A stretch of 64,000 bases of DNA from Polyangiales bacterium. Its GTDB lineage: Bacteria; Myxococcota_A; Polyangia; Polyangiales; Houyiibacteriaceae. Both the position numbers and the translations under genes were made by a program. The stretch is taken from assembly GCA_965227405.1 (NCBI GenBank), contig OZ245758.1, forward strand, positions 1,577,693 through 1,641,692, in the 5' to 3' direction. Shown in pieces: positions 56,291-64,000 of this stretch. The notes beneath the pieces are model-generated. The model did no database searches. It was not told the DNA's origin and saw only the letters and a list, made by a program, of their open reading frames with translations. Every line of letters starts with the position of its first letter. Positions within the stretch are counted from its first letter, which is position 1.

Positions 56291-56905
56291 ATGGCGTACC
56301 GCATCGCGTTTGTGTTTCTGGCGTTTGCGCTTGGTGCCGCAAGTTGTGACAAGCGGCCCTCGTACGCCGAGTTTCAAACACGTAGCTGGCAAAACGGCTG
56401 CTCAAGAGATTCAGATTGCGTGTTGGTCCCCGTGCCTTGCGACCATTGCGGTGAGGAAGATTCCATCAACGCCAGTGTCGAACGCGACTACCGCGAGCTC
56501 GCCGCCAAAGTGAACTGCGACGACTACTCGACCGAAGACGAGTGCGGATCGCGAATCGACATGGAACCGGCGTGCGTGTCCGGACGATGTGCCGCACGCG
56601 TTGCGACCGTTGCCGAGGAACTTGCCGAGGAACCTGACCCTTGCGCGGAACTCCGGTCGCGTGCTCTCGCGATCCTCTCCACGCCCTCAGCAAGCTGTGG
56701 CGGTGAAGGCGATTGCACCTGCTACCCGGCGTTCATCGATTGTGGGGGTGTACGCGATACCGCGTCGGCCGAACAGCTGCGCACGATCGCCGAAGAAGGT
56801 CGTGCAGCGAACTGCGGCTACGTCAGCCCACAAGGCGCGACATTCAACTGCGCACCCTCCGAGTGCACACCGCTCTGCGACAACGGCACGTGCCGAAACG
56901 AGTAA
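56291..56905 (+). CDS. Cys-rich lipoprotein, hypothetical
   Basis: Lipobox MAYRIAFVFLAFALGAASC. 204 aa with about 20 Cys. Confidence 0.5.
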   Translation: MAYRIAFVFLAFALGAASCDKRPSYAEFQTRSWQNGCSRDSDCVLVPVPCDHCGEEDSINASVERDYRELAAKVNCDDYSTEDECGSRIDMEPACVSGRCAARVATVAEELAEEPDPCAELRSRALAILSTPSASCGGEGDCTCYPAFIDCGGVRDTASAEQLRTIAEEGRAANCGYVSPQGATFNCAPSECTPLCDNGTCRNE

Positions 56906-57036
56906 ACCCTGGGGACAGGTAAACTGGTTTACCGGACCTTTGATTTGGCAAACGCGGTTAGTTGCGAGCGAAAGCGTTCGAGGCTCGGTAAACAGGTTTA
57001 CCTGTCCCCAGGGTTTACTGTCCGTAGAGCGGACAG
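56902..57036. promoter_or_regulatory. Highly symmetric palindrome cluster between the Cys-rich lipoprotein gene and the GT2 gene; candidate operator, bidirectional terminator or structured RNA
   Basis: Perfect 23-bp inverted repeat GTAAACCCTGGGGACAGGTAAAC (56902-56924) / GTTTACCTGTCCCCAGGGTTTAC (56996-57018). Two 16-bp near-palindromes GGTAAACnnGTTTACC at 56918-56933 and 56987-57002. Six GTAAAC/GTTTAC hexamers in 117 bp. An adjacent perfect hairpin CTGTCCGtagagCGGACAG (57018-57036). Confidence 0.6.
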
Positions 57037-57142
57037 TGGGCGGCCGACAATCAATTACATCTGAGTGACAATTGAGTGAGGGCGCGTTGCTTGAATCCGC
57101 TTCATCGTGCGTCGATTCGCACGGTTTTGACGGAGAAGCACC

Positions 57143-58591
57143 TTGGATACGGCCATTATCGCCCTGTACTTAGTCGCCCTGAGCATCTTGGGGATCTACG
57201 GCGCCCACCGCGGCACGCTGCTGATGCTCTATTTGCGCCATCGGCACCGCAAGCACACGCCGGATTCGCTCTTTGCCGAAGCCGACTTGCCGCTGGTCAC
57301 GATCCAGCTTCCGATGTTCAACGAGATGTACGTGGTCGACCGCCTTCTCGAAGGTGTCGCCACGCTCGACTACCCGAAAGAGAAACTGCACCTGCAGATT
57401 CTCGATGACTCGACTGACGAGACCACCAAGATCGCGCGCGCCAAAGTCGACGAGCTTTGCGAGCGTGGTTTTGATGCGGAGTACATCCACCGCACCGATC
57501 GCACCGGCTACAAGGCGGGCGCTCTCGAACACGGTCTAAAGACCGCCAAGGGCGAGTTCGTGATGGTGTTCGACGCGGACTTCGTTCCCGAAGGCGACAT
57601 CATCCGCAAGCTCATCCACTACTTCACCGACGAGAAGGTCGGCATGGTGCAGGCTCGCTGGGGTCACATCAACGCCGAGTACTCGCTGCTTACCAAGTGC
57701 CAGTCGATGATGCTCGACGGCCACTTCGTCATTGAGCACATCGCGCGCAACCGCTCGGGTCGTTTCTTCAACTTCAACGGCACCGCGGGCATGTGGCGCA
57801 AATCCACCATCTTTGATGCCGGTGGTTGGCAGCACGACACCGTCACCGAAGACATGGACCTCTCGTTCCGCGCCCAGCTCAAGGGTTGGCAGTTCATCTA
57901 CGTGCCGACCGCTCTCGCGCCGGCCGAGCTTCCCTGTGAGATGAACTCGTTCAAGACCCAGCAGTTCCGTTGGGCCAAGGGTTCGGCGCAGACCACCAAG
58001 AAGCTTCTGTGGACGGTGTTGAAGGCCGACATCCCCTTCAAGGTGAAGATGGAAGTTGTCTTCCACCTCACGAACAACTTCGCCTACCTGTTCCTGGTGA
58101 TCCTCGCTGCGCTGCAGCTCCCGAACATGCTGCTGCGCCGTCACATGGACAATCCCGAGTTGCTCTTGCTCGACGTCCCGCTTTTCGCCGCCACCTGCGG
58201 CAGCATCTGTGTGTTCTACCTGGTCACGCACCGCGCGCTTTACGACAACCTCTGGGAGGCCGTGAAGCGCTTGCCGCTGATGATGGCGCTGGGCATTGGC
58301 TTGAGCATCAACAACGCGCGTGCAGTGCTTGAAGGACTCTTCGGCACGGACCTGGAGTTCGTCCGGACGCCCAAGCATGGTGTCGAAGGCACCGACGACA
58401 GCTGGAAGAAGAAGAAGTACAAGGCCAAGTGGCCGCTTCACTCGCTCATCGAAGTGGGCTTCGGCATCTACTTCGTGATCACGATCGCTCTTGCTGTGGT
58501 CACCGGAAGCTGGATCACGATCCCCTTCTTGGTGCTCTTCATGGTCGGCTTCCTCTACGTGGGATCGCTGAGCCTGTACCAGGCACGCTGA
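57143..58591 (+). CDS. Processive family-2 glycosyltransferase (cellulose/hyaluronan-synthase-like polysaccharide synthase)
   Basis: 482 aa. N-terminal TM, then GT-A motifs in order: ILDDSTDET (D,D), VFDADFVP (DxD), TVTEDMDLSFR (TED), QQFRWAKG (QxxRW). Multiple C-terminal TM helices. Confidence 0.85.
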   Translation: MDTAIIALYLVALSILGIYGAHRGTLLMLYLRHRHRKHTPDSLFAEADLPLVTIQLPMFNEMYVVDRLLEGVATLDYPKEKLHLQILDDSTDETTKIARAKVDELCERGFDAEYIHRTDRTGYKAGALEHGLKTAKGEFVMVFDADFVPEGDIIRKLIHYFTDEKVGMVQARWGHINAEYSLLTKCQSMMLDGHFVIEHIARNRSGRFFNFNGTAGMWRKSTIFDAGGWQHDTVTEDMDLSFRAQLKGWQFIYVPTALAPAELPCEMNSFKTQQFRWAKGSAQTTKKLLWTVLKADIPFKVKMEVVFHLTNNFAYLFLVILAALQLPNMLLRRHMDNPELLLLDVPLFAATCGSICVFYLVTHRALYDNLWEAVKRLPLMMALGIGLSINNARAVLEGLFGTDLEFVRTPKHGVEGTDDSWKKKKYKAKWPLHSLIEVGFGIYFVITIALAVVTGSWITIPFLVLFMVGFLYVGSLSLYQAR

Positions 58592-58659
58592 GTTCACAGC
58601 GAACTCGCATGGGAGCCCGGGCAACCGGGCTCTTTGCGTTTAAGCGGTAGGATGCGCAG

Positions 58660-59787
58660 GTGAGCGCGCCGCCCAAACCGCCAAAGTCGTACGACCGCGA
58701 GGGTGGACAGAAGGTCAAGCTCGCTCGCTACGCGCGTTGGTTTGGCGTCTTTCTCATGGTGCTGACGGTCTTGGCGTGGCTCTTTCTGCAGGACCGTCCC
58801 GCCGTCTCACGGAGTCAGTTGCGCGATGCGGTCGAGTGGGCGGAGTCCGTCCAATGGGAGCCGTGCGAACGTCCCGTGCTCTTTGGCGAAGCGATTGCGG
58901 GAGAAGGCACAGACCTGCTCCAGCGGGTGTTTGAAGCCAACGGTTGTCTCGACGAAACCTGCAGCACGTTGCGACGAGCGGTGCAGCACGAACGAGTCTG
59001 TTCACCGCAACGTCCCGCAGATGGACCGTGGCTCGAGGACGTGGTCGCGCGCATCCGGGCAATCGACGATCCACGCGAGAAGCTCGAGATCGGTTTTGCT
59101 GCACTACGCGCGGTCGATGACACCCGTCGCGGCGAACAGCGAGCGTTCAACTTCATTCCCCCTGACACCTCAAGCGTGCACGGGGAAATGGTCGGACTCG
59201 TACGGTTTCATCCTGAACTCATGCGAGACCCAGCCGTTCAGCGCGCTGCAAATACGCTTCGCGACACCTCACCACCAACGCATCGTTTCATCCCACAACG
59301 GCATGCGGGCATTATCTTGGGCCCGCTGGAGCGGGGGAGAATTCGTCCTCAGTCGCACACTCCCTATCCGCGCGCGGGCGCCGTGTCGCTGGCCATTCTA
59401 GGAAAGCGGGTGCAACGATGTGCCGAGTTTGAGTGTGTCCGAGCGGCGCTTCGTGGACGAATGGCGCGTGACGAACCGGGAGCGTGGAGCGTGCTTCTCC
59501 AAGGTCCGCGCGCGCGCGGTGCAACGCTGATTGCGGACACAACAAACATCGTGCTGCTTTCACTGGCCGAGGATGTCGAAGTGCTCGCAGCACATCGGTC
59601 TTCGCAACGCATGCTCGCGGTGCAGATCATGATGCGGGCGGACCCGTGCCGACCTGTTGCTGAGGTCATCACGGCCGAAACCGGACTGGTTCATGTGCCT
59701 GAAGAAGATGGCGTCGGAGCCATCCGCGATCCCGTAACCGGTTTCGAAGCGCCCGTGGAGTACTGCCACGAGGGGCTGCATCGATGA
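58660..59787 (+). CDS. Membrane-anchored hypothetical protein, paralogue A (tandem pair downstream of GT2)
   Basis: N-terminal TM (RYARWFGVFLMVLTVLAWLFL). Conserved block AVEWAES..EPCERPVLFGEAI...GC.DETCSTL.RAVQHERVCSP is shared with paralogue B. Confidence 0.55.
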   Translation: MSAPPKPPKSYDREGGQKVKLARYARWFGVFLMVLTVLAWLFLQDRPAVSRSQLRDAVEWAESVQWEPCERPVLFGEAIAGEGTDLLQRVFEANGCLDETCSTLRRAVQHERVCSPQRPADGPWLEDVVARIRAIDDPREKLEIGFAALRAVDDTRRGEQRAFNFIPPDTSSVHGEMVGLVRFHPELMRDPAVQRAANTLRDTSPPTHRFIPQRHAGIILGPLERGRIRPQSHTPYPRAGAVSLAILGKRVQRCAEFECVRAALRGRMARDEPGAWSVLLQGPRARGATLIADTTNIVLLSLAEDVEVLAAHRSSQRMLAVQIMMRADPCRPVAEVITAETGLVHVPEEDGVGAIRDPVTGFEAPVEYCHEGLHR

Positions 59788-60983
59788 ACGAGTCCAAAAC
59801 CCGAGACGGTGGCGAGCGCGCTGCAGCCGCTCGATACGCTCGATGGAGCGGAGTTCTGCTCATTGCACTCTGCGTCGTGAGCTGGGCGATCGTGTCGGCC
59901 CGCCCAGGAGTCTCCGACGAAGTGTTGCACGAGGCCGTGCGTTGGGCAGAGTCGGCGCCGCGAACACCATGCGAGCGCCCACCGCTGTTCGGAGACGCAC
60001 TGCCCGGCACGGGCTCTCTGCGCACGCTCGTGGAACGCGGTTGCACAGATGCGCGATGCAGCACGCTTCTGCATGCCGTCCAGCACGAGCGTGTGTGTGC
60101 GCCGGAGCGACACCAGAGTTCACGATGGATCGACGGCATCTTGGAGCGTCTGCCCGCCTCCCGATCACCCAGCGAACGCCTGCGATTGATCATGCACGCA
60201 CACCGAGCCATGGATGACTTCCGTAGAGGTGAGCAGCGGGCGTTTCCGCGTCCCTACGACCTGCGCGAACTGGCCTCGGCAACCCAGTCGGTATGGCGCC
60301 AAGCGCGCGAGCTGACGGATGTCGATGGACTCGTTGCTGCGGCCGAAACCCTGGTGGCGACGTCACCCGATGCCACGTTTCTGATCGGACGAAATGCAGG
60401 CGAGGTGCTCTGGGGATTTCAACGAGGTGAAATTGCACCTGGCCCGAACGCACCTCATCCGCGTGCGACTACAGTTGCTCTCGCGCACCTTGGACAGGGG
60501 ATTCAGCGATGCGAACTGCCCTGCGGAGAGGCATGGACTTGGGACGAATGCTCCCGGTTCGCGTGCGTTTCAACGTACCTGAGCACACGGCCAAACGCAG
60601 ATCCCGTCTCGAGGTGGCAGGCACTCGTCCGCGGGCCACGTGCGTACGGCCCCAGTTGGATCGTCGGCAACACGCAATTCGTCGGCGCGCAGTTGAACCA
60701 CCACCTGCGTGGGTTCGAGCAACAACGTTCGCTCGAACGGCTCTTGCTCACGGCACTTCGGCTCCGAGAGTTGGGTGAGTGTTCCACGGGAATCGAGCAA
60801 GTCGTGCAGCTCGGAGAGGTCATCGCACGGACATCGAGTTCTGCGCGGCTTCGAATGCACGCGCACGACGTCCCTTTCGAAGTGCACATCGAAACCAGCA
60901 ACTCTGCGTTATGGATTCGAGACTCGGTGCCCAACGGTCCAGCCCTGCGCGTCGAACTTTGTTTGGAAGAATCGGTCCGGTGA
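59784..60983 (+). CDS. Membrane-anchored hypothetical protein, paralogue B
   Basis: Its ATG overlaps the stop of paralogue A as ATGA. Same N-terminal TM and Cys block (AVRWAES..TPCERPPLFGDAL...GCTDARCSTLLHAVQHERVCAP). Confidence 0.55.
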   Translation: MNESKTRDGGERAAAARYARWSGVLLIALCVVSWAIVSARPGVSDEVLHEAVRWAESAPRTPCERPPLFGDALPGTGSLRTLVERGCTDARCSTLLHAVQHERVCAPERHQSSRWIDGILERLPASRSPSERLRLIMHAHRAMDDFRRGEQRAFPRPYDLRELASATQSVWRQARELTDVDGLVAAAETLVATSPDATFLIGRNAGEVLWGFQRGEIAPGPNAPHPRATTVALAHLGQGIQRCELPCGEAWTWDECSRFACVSTYLSTRPNADPVSRWQALVRGPRAYGPSWIVGNTQFVGAQLNHHLRGFEQQRSLERLLLTALRLRELGECSTGIEQVVQLGEVIARTSSSARLRMHAHDVPFEVHIETSNSALWIRDSVPNGPALRVELCLEESVR

Positions 60984-60993
60984 TGGCAGCGGC

Positions 60994-61368
60994 TTAGTCG
61001 ATCGCCTCGAAGATCACTCGGACGGTCCAATCCGCAGGCGGCGTCTCTAAACCTTCGCGAAGATCTCCGCCCTCCGCATCGACCACGATCACTTCGCCGT
61101 CGTGTCGCACGAAACGATACGTCCCTTCATGGAACGTGATCGCTTGAAGGCGTCCCAGCTGGTCATGCTTCAGCCCCAACACTCGACACTGCGTTTTGTA
61201 ACGAGGACGATCGAGTCCAGCCGCTAGCAACGTCAGCCCCGCTTGATCAGGAGCGACACCGCGAAAGTCGAACTCGCCCTCTTGGCCGTGCGCGACGCTT
61301 TGGTCTTGGCCAAACCAACGCGGCATCCAAAGCGCCTCAAACACACGCTCGTCCGGATTCATCGCCAT
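60994..61368 (-). CDS. Hypothetical protein (124 aa)
   Basis: ORF immediately downstream of uvrD on the same strand. No recognizable motif. Confidence 0.35.
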   Translation of the reverse strand: MAMNPDERVFEALWMPRWFGQDQSVAHGQEGEFDFRGVAPDQAGLTLLAAGLDRPRYKTQCRVLGLKHDQLGRLQAITFHEGTYRFVRHDGEVIVVDAEGGDLREGLETPPADWTVRVIFEAID

Positions 61369-61374
61369 GTGTCT

Positions 61375-63417
61375 TCAACCGCCTGCATTGGCTCTCAACT
61401 TGGCGAGGATATCGGACGCGGCATCGGCGAGTTCTTCCGAACCCATCATCTCGGCACCGCTGGGCGTGTAGGGCTCCCAGGCATCGGGCGGAAAGCCCTC
61501 GAGGAAGCGGCTGGGTGCACGAGGCGTCACGCGACCACGCAGGGTTCGGCGCTCGGGTCGGGTGAGGTAGAGCAGCTCGCGCGCACGCGTAATGCCGACG
61601 TAGAAGAGTCGACGTTCTTCGTCGATGTCCGTGACGATGACTTCGTTGATCTTGGGGTCCGTCGTACGACTGTGGGGCAGCTGTCCCTCAACGCAACCCA
61701 CGAGGAACACCGCGTCGAACTCCAGTCCCTTCGCCGAGTGCAACGACGAAAGGGTTACCTTGTTTCCCGGTGCTTCGCGTTCGCTTTCTTCGGCGCGCAG
61801 GGTCAAACCGGTGAGGAACTGGTCGATCGAACGCTTGCCGCCACCCTCATCGAATCGCTTGATGGCACCGAGCAGATACTGAACGTTCTGCCGCTTGCGC
61901 ACACCCAGCTTGCTGTCGTCGTCGGCGAGGTACTCCGTGAGTCCCACATCGTCGATCAGCTTTTGCGTGAGCGCTTGAATCGACTCGCCGTCTTTGAGTC
62001 GTCGCCGCGCATCGGACAACGCCATCATCAAGCTCGCCACACCACGCTTTGCTTTGCCGGGCACATCAAGCGTTTCTGCATCGGCCAACGCCTCGATGAA
62101 AGGCTTGCCGGTTCGCGCGGAATGCGCCTGAACTCTCTCCAAGGTCGCCGCACCAATTCCACGCGGTGGGTTGTTCAGCACGCGACGCAGCGAGAGTTCA
62201 TCGCGCGGGTGCACGACCACGCGAAGGTAGGCAATGACGTCTTTGACCTCTTTGCGATCAAAGAACTGCGTTCCGCCGAACACTTTGTAGGGCACCCCAC
62301 CCATCGCGAGCTCTTCTTCGAGAATCCGTGCTTGGGTGTTGCTGCGATACAGGATCGCGATGTTGCCGTAGTTGAAGATCTGCCCAAAGGGGCTGACCTC
62401 GGCGCCCTTGGACAACGCGCGAATTTCGCGAACCACAAAGCGCGCTTCCTGTGCCGGATCCGGCAACGACACCAGTCGGACGCGTGCGCCCGCACCTCGC
62501 GCCGAACGCAGCGTTTTGACGTGCCTCTTGCCGCGACTCTGCGCGATCACGGCGTTGGCCACATCCAAAATCGGCTCGCGACTCCGGTAGTTCAGCTCGA
62601 GTTTGACGATTTCCGCACCGGGATAGAACCGCTCGAAATCCAAGATGTTGCCGACTTCCGCACCTCGCCATCCGTAGATGGACTGGTCGTCGTCGCCAAC
62701 CACACACACGTTGCGATCCTCGTTCGTCAGAACTCGGACGAGTTCCAACTGACTACGGTTCGTATCTTGAAACTCGTCGATCAGCAGGTGCCGGAAACGC
62801 CGACTCCATTTCTCACGCAGGTCTTCGCGTTCCTTAAGAATCCGAACGGGTGCGACCACCAAATCGTCGAAGTCGACCGCATGCATAGCGCGCAGTTCGG
62901 CTTCGTATAGCGGATACACCGCTGCTGCGATGGCGTCGTACTCGAAGTCGCTTCCCTTGACTTGATCAGGCGCCTTGAACGCGTTCTTCCAGAGCGAGAT
63001 GCGCGTCAGGATCGACATGACGTCCAGGTTTCGATCCATCAGGCCTTCGCGCTTCATCAACTCGCGAACCAGACCGAGTGCGTCGCCCTGATCAAAGATG
63101 ACGAAGCGCCCGTCGTACCCCAGCGCGCGGTTCTCTTGATGAAGAAACCGAACACCAAAACTGTGGAACGTTGAGAGCCAGAGCTTGCCGGTCTTGGCCT
63201 TGCCGACGAGCGGGTGCATACGCTCGGCCATCTCCGCGGCGGCCTTGTTCGTAAAGCTCACGGCGAGGATCGAACCCGGAGACACCCCTCGTTCAATCAA
63301 CCGCGCAATCCGGTGCGTGATGACGCGGGTCTTGCCGCTTCCTGCACCGGCGAGGACGAGCAGTGGACCCTTCGCGTGCTCGACAGCTGCTCTTTGTGCG
63401 GCGTTGAGCTTGACCAC
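61375..63417 (-). CDS. uvrD: ATP-dependent DNA helicase, UvrD/PcrA/Rep family (SF1)
   Basis: 680 aa. Motif I LVLAGAGSGKTRVITHRIA. Q-motif context. Motifs II DEFQDTN, III, IV, V and VI (VGITRAR) are all recognizable. Confidence 0.9.
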   Translation of the reverse strand: MVKLNAAQRAAVEHAKGPLLVLAGAGSGKTRVITHRIARLIERGVSPGSILAVSFTNKAAAEMAERMHPLVGKAKTGKLWLSTFHSFGVRFLHQENRALGYDGRFVIFDQGDALGLVRELMKREGLMDRNLDVMSILTRISLWKNAFKAPDQVKGSDFEYDAIAAAVYPLYEAELRAMHAVDFDDLVVAPVRILKEREDLREKWSRRFRHLLIDEFQDTNRSQLELVRVLTNEDRNVCVVGDDDQSIYGWRGAEVGNILDFERFYPGAEIVKLELNYRSREPILDVANAVIAQSRGKRHVKTLRSARGAGARVRLVSLPDPAQEARFVVREIRALSKGAEVSPFGQIFNYGNIAILYRSNTQARILEEELAMGGVPYKVFGGTQFFDRKEVKDVIAYLRVVVHPRDELSLRRVLNNPPRGIGAATLERVQAHSARTGKPFIEALADAETLDVPGKAKRGVASLMMALSDARRRLKDGESIQALTQKLIDDVGLTEYLADDDSKLGVRKRQNVQYLLGAIKRFDEGGGKRSIDQFLTGLTLRAEESEREAPGNKVTLSSLHSAKGLEFDAVFLVGCVEGQLPHSRTTDPKINEVIVTDIDEERRLFYVGITRARELLYLTRPERRTLRGRVTPRAPSRFLEGFPPDAWEPYTPSGAEMMGSEELADAASDILAKLRANAGG

Positions 63418-63471
63418 GGAAATGGCGCCTTACCTTGCGCGATGCGTTCGTTCAAGGAAGCCTTCCGGCAC

Positions 63472-64000
63472 GTGCTTGAGCGTTTGCTTTTCTTGGGTTT
63501 TTTGGTCGTGCAGGGGTGCTACCTCTCGCACACGCTCGAACCCGCCGATGCGGGAACCGATGCACCCGACGCACCGGACGCTCGAGATGTAGGCGTCGAC
63601 ACGACACCCGACGCGTTTGACGCAGCCACCGATGCCGGCTGCGATGCGGGACCGCCGACGGATGCCGGTGGCACTCCCCTCACTCTCGACTTGCTCTTTG
63701 TCGTCGACAACTCGGGCTCGATGGCCGAAGAGCAACGCGCACTCGCGGAGCAGTTTCCCGTCATGGTGCGATCGCTCGCCACCGGCGACCTCGACGGTGA
63801 TGGACGAGCCGATGTCCAAGCGGTGAGCGATCTACGCGTGGGTGTCATCACCACAAACTTAGGTGCGGGTGGCTTCGAGAGCGGAGCGGGCTGTCGCATT
63901 CGCGACGGTGAAGGTTCGGATGGTGTGTTGCGCACGATTTCGCGTGAGCGTGGATGCCCGCGCGATCTTCCACCCTTTCTTGGGTTCATGCCGGGCGAAC
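63472..64000 (+). CDS. Partial (N-terminal) secreted VWA-domain lipoprotein; the gene continues beyond the window
   Basis: Own translation from the GTG at 63472 (RBS AAGGAAG 11 nt upstream): VLERLLFLGFLVVQGCYLS (signal/lipobox) ... LDLLFVVDNSGSMAEEQRALAEQF (MIDAS DxSxS). Not in the track because no stop lies within the window. The frame is open to 64000. Confidence 0.5.
   Translation, partial: MLERLLFLGFLVVQGCYLSHTLEPADAGTDAPDAPDARDVGVDTTPDAFDAATDAGCDAGPPTDAGGTPLTLDLLFVVDNSGSMAEEQRALAEQFPVMVRSLATGDLDGDGRADVQAVSDLRVGVITTNLGAGGFESGAGCRIRDGEGSDGVLRTISRERGCPRDLPPFLGFMPGE

Noticed and set aside
56941-56960. c-di-GMP (GEMM) riboswitch upstream of the GT2 synthase
   Set aside because: Only a GCAAAC fragment is present. 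The conserved GEMM helices and the GGCAAACC...GGGACGCAAAGCC core are not recognisable. The symmetric palindromes fit an operator or repeat element better.
61243-62910. 555-aa (+) ORF
   Set aside because: Antisense to the uvrD helicase, which has all SF1 motifs.

Overview
This is a high-GC (about 65-70%) bacterial chromosomal segment, almost certainly from Myxococcota: one protease ends in a MYXO-CTERM sorting tail, there is a MopE-like Cys/Asp repeat protein, and PEGA, RCC1, FHA and Ser/Thr-kinase domains are frequent. The basis for the calls is motifs read directly from the ORF translations, gene order and overlaps; no database search was possible. Coding density is high, and long antisense shadow ORFs (e.g. 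3569-7468 +, 8519-11416 +) are GC artefacts.

Content, left to right:
- 1-349 (-): partial N-terminal cytochrome b5 domain, probably fused to a desaturase.
- 346-11821 (-): VWA protein, Cys-rich lipoprotein, then two tandem giant secreted zinc metalloproteases (1561 and 1464 aa, extended HExxHxxGxxH motif).
- 12184-15508: esterase, AmpG-like MFS transporter, PLP-dependent dehydratase, small membrane protein.
- 15516-26838 (-): a complete Tad/Flp-type pilus-like locus with unusual composition. It has an Flp pilin, A24 prepilin peptidase, CpaB, CpaC secretin, a CpaF ATPase with an N-terminal FHA domain, TadB, TadC, an FHA membrane protein, a TadD-like TPR lipoprotein, a second CpaF ATPase, a third FHA protein and a terminal lipoprotein. 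No CpaE/TadZ was seen. It resembles the Kil-type Tad-like apparatus of predatory myxobacteria.
- 27177-29957 (-): RCC1-repeat lipoprotein carrying an in-frame 15-bp tandem repeat, and a polytopic membrane protein.
- 30055-30168: a miniature inverted-repeat element made of the two terminal inverted repeats of the IS3-family element found at 49638-51003.
- 30192-36417: an S1 protease with MYXO-CTERM, a 273-bp inverted-repeat element, an S9 peptidase, an M17 aminopeptidase and a hypothetical protein.
- 36431-43874: PEGA/TPR protein, lipoproteins, a Ser/Thr kinase containing a (TTC)8 poly-Glu microsatellite, Cys-rich secreted proteins and a TPR membrane protein.
- 43883-49530 (-): an M16 peptidase pair, a 778-aa MopE-like repeat protein, and a membrane protein with a zinc ribbon.
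- 49638-51003: an IS3-family insertion sequence with intact 40-bp terminal inverted repeats but a disrupted orfA.
- 51050-52813 (-): a stand-alone SIR2_2-like protein with a C-terminal helical domain, directly next to the IS; a candidate single-gene defence module.
- 52929-56905: gltX, a CPBP intramembrane protease, a beta-propeller protein with a Lys-rich tail, and a Cys-rich lipoprotein.
- 56902-57036: a highly symmetric GTAAAC/GTTTAC palindrome cluster upstream of a processive GT2 glycosyltransferase (57143-58591), which is followed by two translationally coupled tandem paralogous membrane proteins.
- 60994-64000: a hypothetical protein, the UvrD/PcrA helicase, and a partial VWA lipoprotein.

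No rRNA, tRNA or CRISPR array was detected.
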